A stretch of 32,000 nt of DNA from Xanthomonas campestris pv. campestris str. ATCC 33913 (GTDB taxonomy: Bacteria; Pseudomonadota; Gammaproteobacteria; Xanthomonadales; Xanthomonadaceae). The stretch covers positions 4,166,497-4,198,496 of the forward strand of contig NC_003902.1 in NCBI RefSeq assembly GCF_000007145.1, given 5' to 3'. How positions within the stretch are numbered: the stretch's first letter is position 1; every line of letters starts with the position of its first letter. The position numbers and the translations under genes are program-made. The notes below the pieces were generated by a model. It did not search any database and was not told the DNA's origin. It saw only the letters and a program-made list of their open reading frames with translations. Shown here piece by piece: positions 15,876 through 25,617 of the stretch.

Positions 15876-16544
15876 TCAGACGGCGGTGAAGCGCGCCTGC
15901 ATCCAGTCGCGCAGGGCGTCGATCTCTTCCACGCAGACCTGGTGGCCCATCGGGTAGCTATGCCATTCCAGCGTGAACCCCAGTGCCTGCAGGGCCTGCG
16001 CACTCTGTTCGCCGGCGCGGTAAGGCACCACCGGGTCGGCGCTGCCATGCGCCATGAACAGTGGTTGCGCCAGCGCGCCCGGCTGCAGTTGGCTGGCAGC
16101 GGCGGCCGGATCGGGCAGATAGGTGGACATGGCGATCAACCCGGCCAACGGTACGCGGCGCTGCAGGCCCACCGCCAGGGTGACGGCGCCGCCTTGCGAG
16201 AAGCCGGCCAGCAGGATGCGGTCGGGCGCAATGCCGCGCGCCTGTTCGTTGGCAATCAAGGCCTCGACCTGGGCCACCGACTCGGCGATGCCGACCTTGT
16301 CCGCGCGCTGGGCAAAGTCCATGCCGACGATGTCGTACCAGCCGCGCATGCGCACGCCGTTGTTGATGGTGATCGGGCGGATTGGCGCATGCGGGAACAC
16401 GAAGCGCAGCGCCGGCCACTGCGGGCGCACCAATTCCGGCACCATCGGCGCGAAGTCGCTGCCGTCCGCACCCAGGCCATGCAGCCAGATCACCGCCCAC
16501 TGGGGGTTCGGTCCGGTCTCGCGTTCAATCACGTCCAGCATCAT
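15876..16544 (-). CDS. alpha/beta-hydrolase carboxylesterase/phospholipase (EstB / acyl-protein-thioesterase-like)
   Basis: It carries WLHGLGADG, the nucleophile elbow GFSQGG, and the HG..D..V and GH blocks. The start is taken at MMLDV (16544 or 16541), after GGAAGG. Its stop lies 3 nt before the kinase start. Confidence 0.8.
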   Translation of the reverse strand: MMLDVIERETGPNPQWAVIWLHGLGADGSDFAPMVPELVRPQWPALRFVFPHAPIRPITINNGVRMRGWYDIVGMDFAQRADKVGIAESVAQVEALIANEQARGIAPDRILLAGFSQGGAVTLAVGLQRRVPLAGLIAMSTYLPDPAAAASQLQPGALAQPLFMAHGSADPVVPYRAGEQSAQALQALGFTLEWHSYPMGHQVCVEEIDALRDWMQARFTAV

Positions 16545-16676
16545 CCACCTTCCGGTGACAGGGCTGGGCATTATGCCTTGCGTCCCTGTGCGCTCAGCGC
16601 GCTGCGCAAGGCGGCCAGTGGCGCCGGCTGCTGCCTGCCAGCGAGCGCGGCCGCGGTGACACGCGCCGTGGGTCGC

Positions 16677-18614
16677 TCAGATCAGCGACGGTTCGAGCGC
16701 GGCGGCGCGGCGCAGTTCGGACGCACGCACCAGCACCTTGGGCGGGTCGAGTTCTTCGGGGATGCAGAAGATGCCGGCGCGGCGCAGCGCCAGGCCGGTG
16801 CGGCGCAGCGAGGTCACCGCCACCACCGGGATCGACACCACCATGCCCACGATCACCGGCGCCATCCACGCCGCCAGCGACGGCGACACCAGGTAGGCCA
16901 GCGTGCCCATGAACAGGCCGAACACGCTCAGGCCACCATAGCTGCGGATCAATGCCGGCCACGACAGCTTGCCGTCGTCGCGCACCTGCGCATCCCAACC
17001 CGAATCCTTGCCGGCCAGCACTTCGAACACGCCGCGCGATTGCAGGTACATCACCACCGGCGCCATCAAGGCCGCCAGCACGGTCTCCAGCAGGATGCTC
17101 AACGCGGCGCGGATCGCACCCCCGCAGGCGCGGCGTTCGCGCGGGTTGAGCAGCAGGGCGATATAGCCAAGCAGCTTGGGCGCGAGCAGCACAAACATGG
17201 TGCAGACGAAGATCCAGATCGCGTTGCCGTCGCTGCTGCCGTGCCAGTAGCGCGCCGGCGAGAACGGCAGGCCCTGCGCAAGATCGATGCCTGCGCCTGC
17301 CAGCGGAATGCCGATGCCCACCAGCATCAACATGCCCCACATCGGCGCGGTGAAGTAATGCCCGATGCCGATCATCATGTGCATGCGGCTGATCCAGTGC
17401 AGGCCCTTGGCGCCCACCACCTTGGCGTGCTGCAGGTTGCCCTGGCACCAGCGGCGGTCGCGGACCAGCAGGTCGGTGAGCGTGGGCGGGCCTTCTTCGT
17501 AGCTGCCCTGCAGGTACGGCACCATGTGCATGGCCCAGCCGCCGCGCCGCATCAGTGCCGCTTCGACAAAGTCATGGCTGAGCACATGGCCGCCGAAGGG
17601 CTTGCGCCCACGCAGCGACGGCAGCCCGGCGTGATCGGCAAACGCCTGGGTGCGGATGATGGCGTTGTGGCCCCAGTAATTGCTTTCCGCGCCATGCCAC
17701 CAGGCCACGCCGAAGGCGATGATCGGCCCGTACACGCGGCCGCCGAACTGCTGCATGCGGGCGAACAGGGTCTGCCCGTTCACCACCGCCGGCAAGGTCT
17801 GGATCAGGCCCACGTCCGGGTTGTCTTCCATGCCGGCGACCAGGCGCACGATGGTGTCGCCGGTCATCACGCTGTCGGCGTCCAGGATCAGCATCTGCGG
17901 GTAGTTGCCGCCAAAACGGCGCACCCAGTCGGCCACGTTGCCGGCCTTGCGCGCGGCATTGTCGGCGCGGCGGCGGTAGAAGATGCGGCCATGCCCGCCG
18001 ACGCTGTCACACAGTTCGGCATACACCTGTTCTTCGGCGCGGCCGATGTGCTCGCGGGTGGTATCGCTGAGCACGAAGAAATCGAAGTGCTCCAGTTGCC
18101 CGGTTTCTGCGACCGATTCGTAGATCGCCTGCAGGCCGGCCAACAGGCGGCGCGGGTCTTCGTTGTAGGTGGGCATCAGCAACGCGGTGCGCGTGTGCAG
18201 GCTGGGCAACGGCGCATCCGGATCGATGCCGAGCTTGCGCCCGGCGCGTGCGACCACGGTGATGAAGCCGGCCACCGCGCTGGCGAAGGACATCGCAATC
18301 CAGGCGAACAGCAACACGAACAGGCCCAGCAAACAGCCTTCCAGCACGCTGAAGCCGCCGGGCCACAGCACGCTGAGCATCACCCACACCGCCACCGCGG
18401 TGGCAGTGAGCGTGCCGCCGATCAGATAGAAGCGGCGCAGGCCGATGCCCATCGGCGAGGTGCGCTGGTGGCGTACCTGCAGGCTGCCTTCGCGCAGGGA
18501 TTGTTCGGGCATTGCCAGCGGCGCTTCCGGCGGCAGCGTGGGCTGGCCGGCATCGAGGCTGGAGACGGGAGGTAGATCGGTTGGTGCAGGGGAAAGGGTC
18601 ACGGTGCCGTCCAT
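16677..18614 (-). CDS. opgH: osmoregulated periplasmic glucan glucosyltransferase H
   Basis: 645 aa. The GT2 core reads LMPTYNEDP...LILDADSVM...[12 protein letters not shown] and is flanked by multiple TM helices. This is the typical OpgH/MdoH architecture. Confidence 0.9.
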   Translation of the reverse strand: MDGTVTLSPAPTDLPPVSSLDAGQPTLPPEAPLAMPEQSLREGSLQVRHQRTSPMGIGLRRFYLIGGTLTATAVAVWVMLSVLWPGGFSVLEGCLLGLFVLLFAWIAMSFASAVAGFITVVARAGRKLGIDPDAPLPSLHTRTALLMPTYNEDPRRLLAGLQAIYESVAETGQLEHFDFFVLSDTTREHIGRAEEQVYAELCDSVGGHGRIFYRRRADNAARKAGNVADWVRRFGGNYPQMLILDADSVMTGDTIVRLVAGMEDNPDVGLIQTLPAVVNGQTLFARMQQFGGRVYGPIIAFGVAWWHGAESNYWGHNAIIRTQAFADHAGLPSLRGRKPFGGHVLSHDFVEAALMRRGGWAMHMVPYLQGSYEEGPPTLTDLLVRDRRWCQGNLQHAKVVGAKGLHWISRMHMMIGIGHYFTAPMWGMLMLVGIGIPLAGAGIDLAQGLPFSPARYWHGSSDGNAIWIFVCTMFVLLAPKLLGYIALLLNPRERRACGGAIRAALSILLETVLAALMAPVVMYLQSRGVFEVLAGKDSGWDAQVRDDGKLSWPALIRSYGGLSVFGLFMGTLAYLVSPSLAAWMAPVIVGMVVSIPVVAVTSLRRTGLALRRAGIFCIPEELDPPKVLVRASELRRAAALEPSLI

Positions 18615-18931
18615 CAGGGCTGCCCGTCGCGCATCTGCGGCGACATTGCGGGCTGAAACGAGATGGCCAATGGCGTGCGCGGCAACGTTGCCACGCGCAC
18701 CGTGTTACGGGCGATCCCGACGGTGTGCGACCACGTCGCAGTAGAACAACTCCAATGCACAAGCTCTCCTGGCTGCGACTTCACGTCGCGGCTCATCCTA
18801 AAGAATCGTTCGTTAAAGGAACCGAAGGCCACCGTTTGCGGTCTTCGCCCCTCCCGACGAGGACCGCGCGGCAGACTACGCCGCAGCGACCGAACGCTAC
18901 CCCAACAGATTGCAGCCTGGCGCGCCGGCTG

Positions 18932-20779
18932 TCACGGCCAGGCGAAGGGCAGCAACGGCCCGCCCAGCCACAGATAGCGCGCCATCCATGCGGAGGCAAA
19001 CGCGATCAACACCGTCAGCGGCACGCCCACGCGCAGGAAATCGGCAAACCGGTACTGGCCGGGATTGAGGATCAGCAGGTTGCCGTGGTGGCCGATCGGG
19101 GTGAGGAACGAGGCCACCGCGCCCATCGCGGTGCACACCACGAACGGAATCGGCGGCAATCCCAGCCCCTGCGCCAGGGCCAGCGCCACCGGCGTCAACA
19201 GCACCGTGGTGGCGGCATCGGACAACACCTGCGTCAGCAACGCGGCGGCGGCAAACATCAACAGCAGCAGGCTCAGCGGCGACAGGCCGTGCGCGTGCGC
19301 CAGCACATGCTCGGCCAGCCAGCGCGCGGTGCCGGTCTGATCCATCGCCATGCCGAGCGGAATCACCCCGGCAATCATCACGTAGATGCGCACGTCGATT
19401 TCGGCGTAGGCCTGTTCGATGCTCACGCAACGGGTGAGCACCATGGCCACCGCGCCGAGCAGGAAGGCGATATGCGGTGGCAGCCACTCGGCCGCGGCCG
19501 CCGCGACGGCGGCCAGCATGATGGCCACTGCCAACGGTGCGCGCCGGCGCCGGCTGCGGCGGCCGTCGAACGGCATCAGCATCAAGAAGCCACGGTGCTG
19601 GGACAGTTGCTGGAAGGTGTGCTGACGGCCCCACAACACCAGCAGGTCGCCTTCCTGCAGCTGCAGCTCGGACAACTCGCCATGCAGCCAGCCTTCCTTG
19701 CGCCACAGCCCGACCACCACCACGCCCATGGTGTGCAGGAAATCGATACGCGACACCGAGCGCCCGACGAATTCCGAATGCGGTGCCACCACCGCCTGCA
19801 CCAGCTGCTCTTCGCCCAGTGCCTCGTGTGGGCGCTGCGGGTCGGTGCGATCCTCGCGCGGCTGCTCGCCGTACTTGGCCACCGCATGCAACGACAAACC
19901 CGGCTCATCCTTGACCGAGGCGATCTCGTCCGGCGAGGCGCGCACCAGCAGCACATCGCCGGCGCGCAGCAGGCCCTCGTTGCTGCTGCGACGCCGGCGC
20001 ATGCCGTTGCGCAACCAATCCACTACCTGCAGCCGTTCGGTGAACGCGGCCTCGAACTCGGCCAGCGGCCGGCCCACCCAGGGCGCATCGGCGTCGACCA
20101 GCAGTTCGGTGTAATAGCGCTCCAGGCGCAGATAGTCCGCGCCGCCATCGTCTTCGCCCTGCCGCTTGGGCAGCAGCCAGCGCCCGGCGAGCATGTAGAG
20201 CATGCCCACGCCGACCAGCACCGCGCCGATCGGGGTGATGGCGAACAGGTCCAGCCGCCCGTGGCCGCCGCGTTCCAGCGCGGCATTGGCGAGCAGAAAG
20301 GCCGGCGCGCTGATCAGGGTCAAGGTGGTGCCCAACGAGGCCGCCAGCGACATCGGCATCAGCAGCCGCGAGGCGGCCAGCTTCTGCTCGCGGGCCAGCC
20401 GCATCATCACCGGCAACATCATCGCGGTGATCATCAGATGGTGCGAAAACGCCGCCAGGGCCGCGGTGGCCGGCATGGTGACCGCGATGGCGCGCCACTC
20501 GCGCCCGCCGGCGGCGCGCCCGATCGCCGCGCCGATACGGTCGGTGATGCCGGTGGCCGACAAGCCGGCCGACAACACGAACACCGCCGCGACAATGATC
20601 GCCGGCTCACTGGAAAACCCGGACAAGGCCTGGGTCGGGGTGAGGATGCCGGTGAGGGTCAACGCCAGCGTCGCCAGCATGGCCACCAGGTCGACCCGCA
20701 GCTTTTCGCTGATGAACAGCACCAGTGCCACCACGAGGATGACCAGAAACACGAGTTGCTGTTGTTCCATTCCACTCAC
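18932..20779 (-). CDS. SLC13/DASS-family anion permease with two central TrkA-C domains
   Basis: 615 aa. Hydrophobic N- and C-terminal halves flank a soluble insert of about 200 aa with duplicated blocks (GRPLAEF...GDVLLVRAS and GRSVSRIDF...GDLLVLWG) that look like TrkA-C. The start may instead be the Met at 20770. Confidence 0.75.
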   Translation of the reverse strand: MSGMEQQQLVFLVILVVALVLFISEKLRVDLVAMLATLALTLTGILTPTQALSGFSSEPAIIVAAVFVLSAGLSATGITDRIGAAIGRAAGGREWRAIAVTMPATAALAAFSHHLMITAMMLPVMMRLAREQKLAASRLLMPMSLAASLGTTLTLISAPAFLLANAALERGGHGRLDLFAITPIGAVLVGVGMLYMLAGRWLLPKRQGEDDGGADYLRLERYYTELLVDADAPWVGRPLAEFEAAFTERLQVVDWLRNGMRRRRSSNEGLLRAGDVLLVRASPDEIASVKDEPGLSLHAVAKYGEQPREDRTDPQRPHEALGEEQLVQAVVAPHSEFVGRSVSRIDFLHTMGVVVVGLWRKEGWLHGELSELQLQEGDLLVLWGRQHTFQQLSQHRGFLMLMPFDGRRSRRRRAPLAVAIMLAAVAAAAAEWLPPHIAFLLGAVAMVLTRCVSIEQAYAEIDVRIYVMIAGVIPLGMAMDQTGTARWLAEHVLAHAHGLSPLSLLLLMFAAAALLTQVLSDAATTVLLTPVALALAQGLGLPPIPFVVCTAMGAVASFLTPIGHHGNLLILNPGQYRFADFLRVGVPLTVLIAFASAWMARYLWLGGPLLPFAWP

Positions 20780-21410
20780 CGCCTGCGATTGCGCCGACCT
20801 TACCTGAGCGCGGTGAAGGCGACATGCGCGTGGTCACGTTTGGGAGCAACTGCGTGTGGGCGGGCGTGCTGCGGCAGTTGCGTTGTGTTTGCGAATGCCA
20901 GCGGCTGCGCGGTGTCGATGGTGTGCTGCACGCATGCACCTTGGACAGATGTGAGTGTCGTGGGTGGGGCGTCATCCCTCACTACGTTGCGGTTGGGCTG
21001 GATAGCCGGGCGTGCAGGCCAGGTCATGCGGAGGCTGCCGAGCGGTCGCGATGAGAATGCACGCCGCAAGCGACACACCGCGGCGCTGTGGTTGTGCGGA
21101 TGCCTTTGTCCAAGGCTTGTTGCTTGGAGCCTGCTTGTTGTTCGGAGACTGCAGAACATGCGCGTGGCAGTAGCTCACGCGCCTGGGATGCATGCACCGA
21201 ATCCCGGCCGTGCAATCGGCAGCGGTGGTAGCACGCGAACTACATTGCGGCGTCAGTTCTATTGCGGAGCTGGCTTCGCCCGTGCGTCGCCATGCCACGC
21301 ACGCCTGGGCCGATGCACACAGGACGGCTTCCCATTGCCGCACTGCGTGCTCCATCGCTGACGCAACCTTGCCTACCACTCCGCAACGCGCACGCGAACT
21401 CTGCGCGCTA

Positions 21411-21435
21411 CTGCCGGCGCAGTGAGCGCCGGCAG
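21411..21435 (-). terminator. perfect 10-bp GC hairpin downstream of the M28 peptidase gene
   Basis: CTGCCGGCGC-agtga-GCGCCGGCAG, 43 nt beyond the stop at 21479. There is no U tract. Confidence 0.35.
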
Positions 21436-21478
21436 CCTACATCTCCACATAGTGACGCAGCAGCGTCGCTACACGGCG

Positions 21479-23128
21479 TTACTTGCGCGCGTCCGCACTG
21501 GTGTCGCGGGTGGCGCGGAACTCCGAATCGCTGCTCCAGTTCGGCCAGGTACGCGCATCGGCAAGCTGCTGGCCCAGGGCGTAGAGGATGCCCAGATCGC
21601 GTGCGGCACCGGCGAAGCTCCAGTCCGGCTTCCACTCATCGCCCTGCTGGTGATAGCGCTTGGCGGTGTAGTCGTCCGATGCCGCCTTGCCTGCGGCCAC
21701 GCCGCCCACTTCCCAATCCTGGCCGGCCGCATACGACAACGCCGGCACGCCACGCTTGGCGAAGGAGAAATGATCGGAGCGGAAGAAGTAGCCCGCCTCC
21801 GGCTTGGGATCGGGCGTGTAGCGCAGCTTCCACTGCCCGGCGACGGTCTTGAGTTGATCCAGCAACTCCAGCTTGGCGGTGCCGTAGATACCGAAATCGC
21901 GCGAGGGAACGAACGGGTTCATGCCGTCCATGTTGATCACCGCCACCGTGGTCGCCAGCGGGTACAGCGGCTTGGAGGCGTAGAACTCCGAACCGAGCAG
22001 GCCCTTTTCCTCGGCGGTGACCGCCAGGAACACCACCGAGCGCTCCGGCTTCGGCCCCTTGGCGAAACCGCGCGCCAGCTCCAGCAATGCGGCCGTGCCG
22101 CTGGCGTTGTCCAGCGCGCCGTTGAAGATGGTGTCGCCGCGTGCATCGGGCTTGCCCACGCCGATGTGGTCCCAGTGCGCGCTGTAGATCAGCGTCTCGT
22201 CGGGATGGGTGCTGCCTTCCAGGCGCGCGACCACGTTGTGCGAGGTGATCACATCCGACTTGACCGTGTAGCTGGCACTCAAGCGTTGCCCCTTGAGTTC
22301 CACCGGCTTGAATGCGCGGGTCTGCGCCTGCTTCTTCAAGGTGTCGAAATCCAGGCCGGCCTGCGTGAACAGACGCGCGGCCAGATCACGCTGGACCCAG
22401 CCTTCCAAGGTGGGATGCGCGGCGCGCGGGTTGTCGCGCACCACATCGAACATGGTGTTGGTGTTGGAGCTGGCCACGGTGTCCCAGCCGTAGGAGGCTG
22501 GCGCGGTTTCATGCACCACCAGCACGCCGAGTGCGCCCTGGCGCGCGCCTTCTTCGTACTTGTAGGTCCAGCGGCCGTAGTAGGTCATGCCCTTGCCATC
22601 GAAGGCGCCCTTGCCGGTCTCGAAATCCGGGTCGTTGATCAGCACCACGGCGATCTTGCCCTTGAGGTCGACACCCTTGAAGTCGTCCCAGTCGCGCTCC
22701 GGCGCCTTGACGCCGTAGCCGACGAACACCAGCGGCGCGTTGGCGATATCGACCTTGGATGAGCCGTCCATTGCCGCGCGGATCGCGATCTCCTTGCCTT
22801 GGGTCAGGGTCTGCGGCGCGCTGCCGCCCTGCACCGTAATACGCGGCGTGCCCACGATATCGGCGCGCCGCAGCGGCACCGCCTGCGTCCACAGGCGCTT
22901 GCCATCGGCGAGATCGCCACCGGGCTGCAAACCGGCCGCGGCAAACTGCGTGCTCAGGTAGGCAATGGTCTTGTCTTCGCCGGCAGTGGCCGGGCCGCGG
23001 CCTTCATAGGCGTCGGAGGCCAGCTCCTTGACGTCACGCGAGATGCGCGCGCCATCGAATGTCGGCGTTGCCGCCATCAGTGCGGTGGAGACCGCCATTG
23101 CCAGCATTCCCAGTCCAACTCGCTTCAC
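21479..23128 (-). CDS. secreted M28-family aminopeptidase with PA domain
   Basis: 549 aa. The signal peptide is MKRVGLGMLAMAVSTALMAA. The metal-ligand blocks are SAHWDHIGVG, DNASGTAALLELARGF and AEEKGLLGSEFY, with FFRSDHFSF near the C-terminus. Confidence 0.85.
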   Translation of the reverse strand: MKRVGLGMLAMAVSTALMAATPTFDGARISRDVKELASDAYEGRGPATAGEDKTIAYLSTQFAAAGLQPGGDLADGKRLWTQAVPLRRADIVGTPRITVQGGSAPQTLTQGKEIAIRAAMDGSSKVDIANAPLVFVGYGVKAPERDWDDFKGVDLKGKIAVVLINDPDFETGKGAFDGKGMTYYGRWTYKYEEGARQGALGVLVVHETAPASYGWDTVASSNTNTMFDVVRDNPRAAHPTLEGWVQRDLAARLFTQAGLDFDTLKKQAQTRAFKPVELKGQRLSASYTVKSDVITSHNVVARLEGSTHPDETLIYSAHWDHIGVGKPDARGDTIFNGALDNASGTAALLELARGFAKGPKPERSVVFLAVTAEEKGLLGSEFYASKPLYPLATTVAVINMDGMNPFVPSRDFGIYGTAKLELLDQLKTVAGQWKLRYTPDPKPEAGYFFRSDHFSFAKRGVPALSYAAGQDWEVGGVAAGKAASDDYTAKRYHQQGDEWKPDWSFAGAARDLGILYALGQQLADARTWPNWSSDSEFRATRDTSADARK

Positions 23129-23242
23129 TGCAGCACCCCGGTGTGATCAAAGACAGCCCCGGAGTGTAGGCCACCGCGCGGCGACGCCACGTGCCATTAG
23201 ATGGGTTGCACAGCACGTACGTACTCGACGCCCGCGCGCAAC

Positions 23243-23261
23243 TTTAATAATATTCATTCTC
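23243..23261. promoter_or_regulatory. Fur-box-like operator in the divergent M28 / TonB-receptor promoter region
   Basis: TTTAATAATATTCATTCTC matches 14 of 19 positions of GATAATGATAATCATTATC. It is the only AT-rich patch in the gap and lies 92 nt upstream of the receptor ATG. Confidence 0.55.
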
Positions 23262-23352
23262 ACTTACGCGCTGCGCAACGTGCCTGACCCAGTGGCGGCA
23301 ACGCCGTGCCTGCCGCTTGCGCGTGCCCTCCCCTTCGTTGCCGAGTGTGTCC

Positions 23353-25581
23353 ATGCCCGTTGCCCTGCTACGCTCCGTGCGCGCCCACTCCCGCCTGTTG
23401 CTGGCGCTGCAGTGCGCCGGTGCGTTGTGTGCCACCGCCGCGCATGCACAGGACAATGCCCCCGCGCCGACAGCAAACACGCTGGACCAGGTGCTGGTGA
23501 CCGGCCGCACCGAGGGCTACCAGGTGCGCGGCACCAATACCGCCACCAAGTTGCCGCTGACGCTGCGCGAGACGCCGCAATCGCTAACGGTATTCACCCG
23601 CCAGCGCATCGAAGACTTCAACCTCATCACCATCGCCGAGGTGTTGCAGCAGACGCCAGGCGTCACCGTGCAGTCCTACGACAGCAACCGCACGCTGTTC
23701 GCTGCGCGCGGATTTGCGATCAGCAACTTCATGTTCGATGGCGTGCCGACCAACTACACCACCGGCGCGGGCGGCAATTCGATCCTCAGCGACACCTCGA
23801 TCTACGAGCGTATCGAAGTGGTGCGCGGCGCCAGTGGCCTGGTGACCGGCTCGGGTAATCCATCGGCCACCGTCAACATGGTGCGCAAGCGCCCCACCAC
23901 GGCGTTCCAGGCCAGTACCAGCCTCAATGTTGGCTCATGGGATTACCGCCGCGCCGAGCTGGACGTTGCCGGCCCGCTGACCTCCGGCGGGCGCATGCGC
24001 GGCCGCGTGGTGGGCGCCTACACCGAAAAGGACAGCTGGGTGCGCTTCCAGCAGGACCGCTCGCCCAGCATGTACGGCGTGCTCGAAGCCGACCTCACCG
24101 ACAGCACGCGGCTGCGCGCGGGCATCGACCACCTCGCCACGCACTCCGATGGCGGTGCGTGGAGTGCCGCGCCGCTGTTCTTCAGCGATGGCACACCGGC
24201 ACGGCTGCCGCGCTCCTACAGCGCCGCAGCACGCTGGAACCGGTGGGAGCGCGAAAGCACCAATGTCTTCGCAACGCTGGAACAGCAATTTGCCGGCGGC
24301 TGGAGCGGGCGGCTTGCCTACAACCATCGCGCCACCGATACCGACAGCCTGCTGTTTGCCGGCTCCAACAGCGCCTCGTTCGCCGATGCGCGCACCGGGT
24401 TGGGATTGCGCGTGTCCGACACCTACGGCGTGTCGGAAACCCGCGAGAACGCGCTGGATCTCTACGCCTCCGGCCCGTTCCAATGGTTGGGCCGTGCGCA
24501 CGAACTGGTGGTCGGCGCCAATCACTACGACCGCGATCTCGGCACGCTGCGCACCGCCATCACCGCGCGTCCCTACAGCCTGACCGCCTTCCCCAGCATC
24601 TTCGACTGGAATGGCGATGTGGGCCGGCCGACCACCACCAATGCCGGCATCCCCAGCAGCATCACCAACACGCAGGAAACAGGCTATTACGCGGCCGTGC
24701 GGCTCAATCCCACCGATGCGTTGAAGCTGATCGGCGGTGGGCGGTATTCCAGCTGGAACACCGCCACGGACAACTATTCGCCGGCCAACCAGTTCACCGG
24801 ACGCAGCGCCGACTACGACGCCGATGCGCTCACCCCGTATCTGGGCGCGATCTACGACCTGAGCCGGCACCTCTCGGCGTTTGTGTCGTATTCGGATGTA
24901 TTCCAGGCACAGAACCTGCGCGACCGCACCAACCAGCAACTGGATCCGGTGGTGGGTGCCAATCTCGAGTACGGCTTCAAGGGCGAGTTCTTTGGCGGTG
25001 CGCTCTACGCCGCGCTCAACGGCTTCCACATGCAACAGGACAACGTGGCCGAAATCGATCCGGAAGTGGCGCCCAACAGCCTGCCCGATGGCAGCTCTGC
25101 GTATCGCGCGGTGTCGGGCGTGGAAACCTGGGGCGGCGAGTTCGAAGTCTCCGGCGCGATCACCCCGGACTGGAGCATGACCGGCGGCTACACCTACGCC
25201 TACAGCACCGACCAGCGCGGCGCGCGGGTGTTCACCACCAGCCCGATGCACCTGGCGCGCTTCAACACCACCTACCGGTTCGGCGACTGGACCCTGGGCG
25301 GCGGGATCAGCTGGCAGAGCGCGGTGTATCAGAATCAGACCATCCCCACCGGGCGCTTCACCGCGGCCGGCGCACCGATCACGCGCAGCGGGCGGGTCAC
25401 CCAGGGCGGCTATCTACTGGTGGATCTGATGGGCCGCTACCGCATCAACGAGCAGCTGAGCGTGGGCGTGACGGTGACCAACCTGTTCGACAAGGTTTAT
25501 TACCGCAACGTGGGCTTCTTCAATTCCGGCTACTGGGGCGAACCGCGGCGGCTATTGTTCAACCTGCGCGCGAACTTCTAA
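23353..25581 (+). CDS. TonB-dependent siderophore receptor (FhuE/FpvA-like)
   Basis: Start at the ATG at 23353 (MPVALLRSVRAH...AAHA|QD). The plug reads ETPQSLTVFTRQRIEDF and ERIEVVRGASGLVTGSGNPSATVNMVRKRP. The barrel ends in LLFNLRANF. Confidence 0.88.
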   Translation: MPVALLRSVRAHSRLLLALQCAGALCATAAHAQDNAPAPTANTLDQVLVTGRTEGYQVRGTNTATKLPLTLRETPQSLTVFTRQRIEDFNLITIAEVLQQTPGVTVQSYDSNRTLFAARGFAISNFMFDGVPTNYTTGAGGNSILSDTSIYERIEVVRGASGLVTGSGNPSATVNMVRKRPTTAFQASTSLNVGSWDYRRAELDVAGPLTSGGRMRGRVVGAYTEKDSWVRFQQDRSPSMYGVLEADLTDSTRLRAGIDHLATHSDGGAWSAAPLFFSDGTPARLPRSYSAAARWNRWERESTNVFATLEQQFAGGWSGRLAYNHRATDTDSLLFAGSNSASFADARTGLGLRVSDTYGVSETRENALDLYASGPFQWLGRAHELVVGANHYDRDLGTLRTAITARPYSLTAFPSIFDWNGDVGRPTTTNAGIPSSITNTQETGYYAAVRLNPTDALKLIGGGRYSSWNTATDNYSPANQFTGRSADYDADALTPYLGAIYDLSRHLSAFVSYSDVFQAQNLRDRTNQQLDPVVGANLEYGFKGEFFGGALYAALNGFHMQQDNVAEIDPEVAPNSLPDGSSAYRAVSGVETWGGEFEVSGAITPDWSMTGGYTYAYSTDQRGARVFTTSPMHLARFNTTYRFGDWTLGGGISWQSAVYQNQTIPTGRFTAAGAPITRSGRVTQGGYLLVDLMGRYRINEQLSVGVTVTNLFDKVYYRNVGFFNSGYWGEPRRLLFNLRANF

Positions 25582-25617
25582 GCGTACGAGGCGCCTTGAC
25601 GGTGGCGCCATGCAAAC

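Noticed and set aside
14895-18575. Very long antisense ORFs. Examples: 1226 aa at 14895-18575 (+), 949 aa at 18512-21361 (+), 724 aa at 1679-3853 (+), 693 aa at 6912-8993 (+), 604 aa at 28267-30081 (-) and 519 aa at 30437-31996 (-).
   Set aside because: Each lies opposite one or more genes with clear family motifs. The 3.7-kb one spans three separate reverse-strand genes. Their translations are Arg/Ala/Gly/His/Gln-rich low-complexity strings with no motifs. These are stop-codon-poor shadow frames, as expected in ~70% GC DNA.
25590-25609. GGCGCC-8 nt-GGCGCC considered as a bidirectional terminator between the convergent receptor and GGDEF genes.
   Set aside because: The stem is only 6 bp with no flanking T or A run. 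That is too weak to call.
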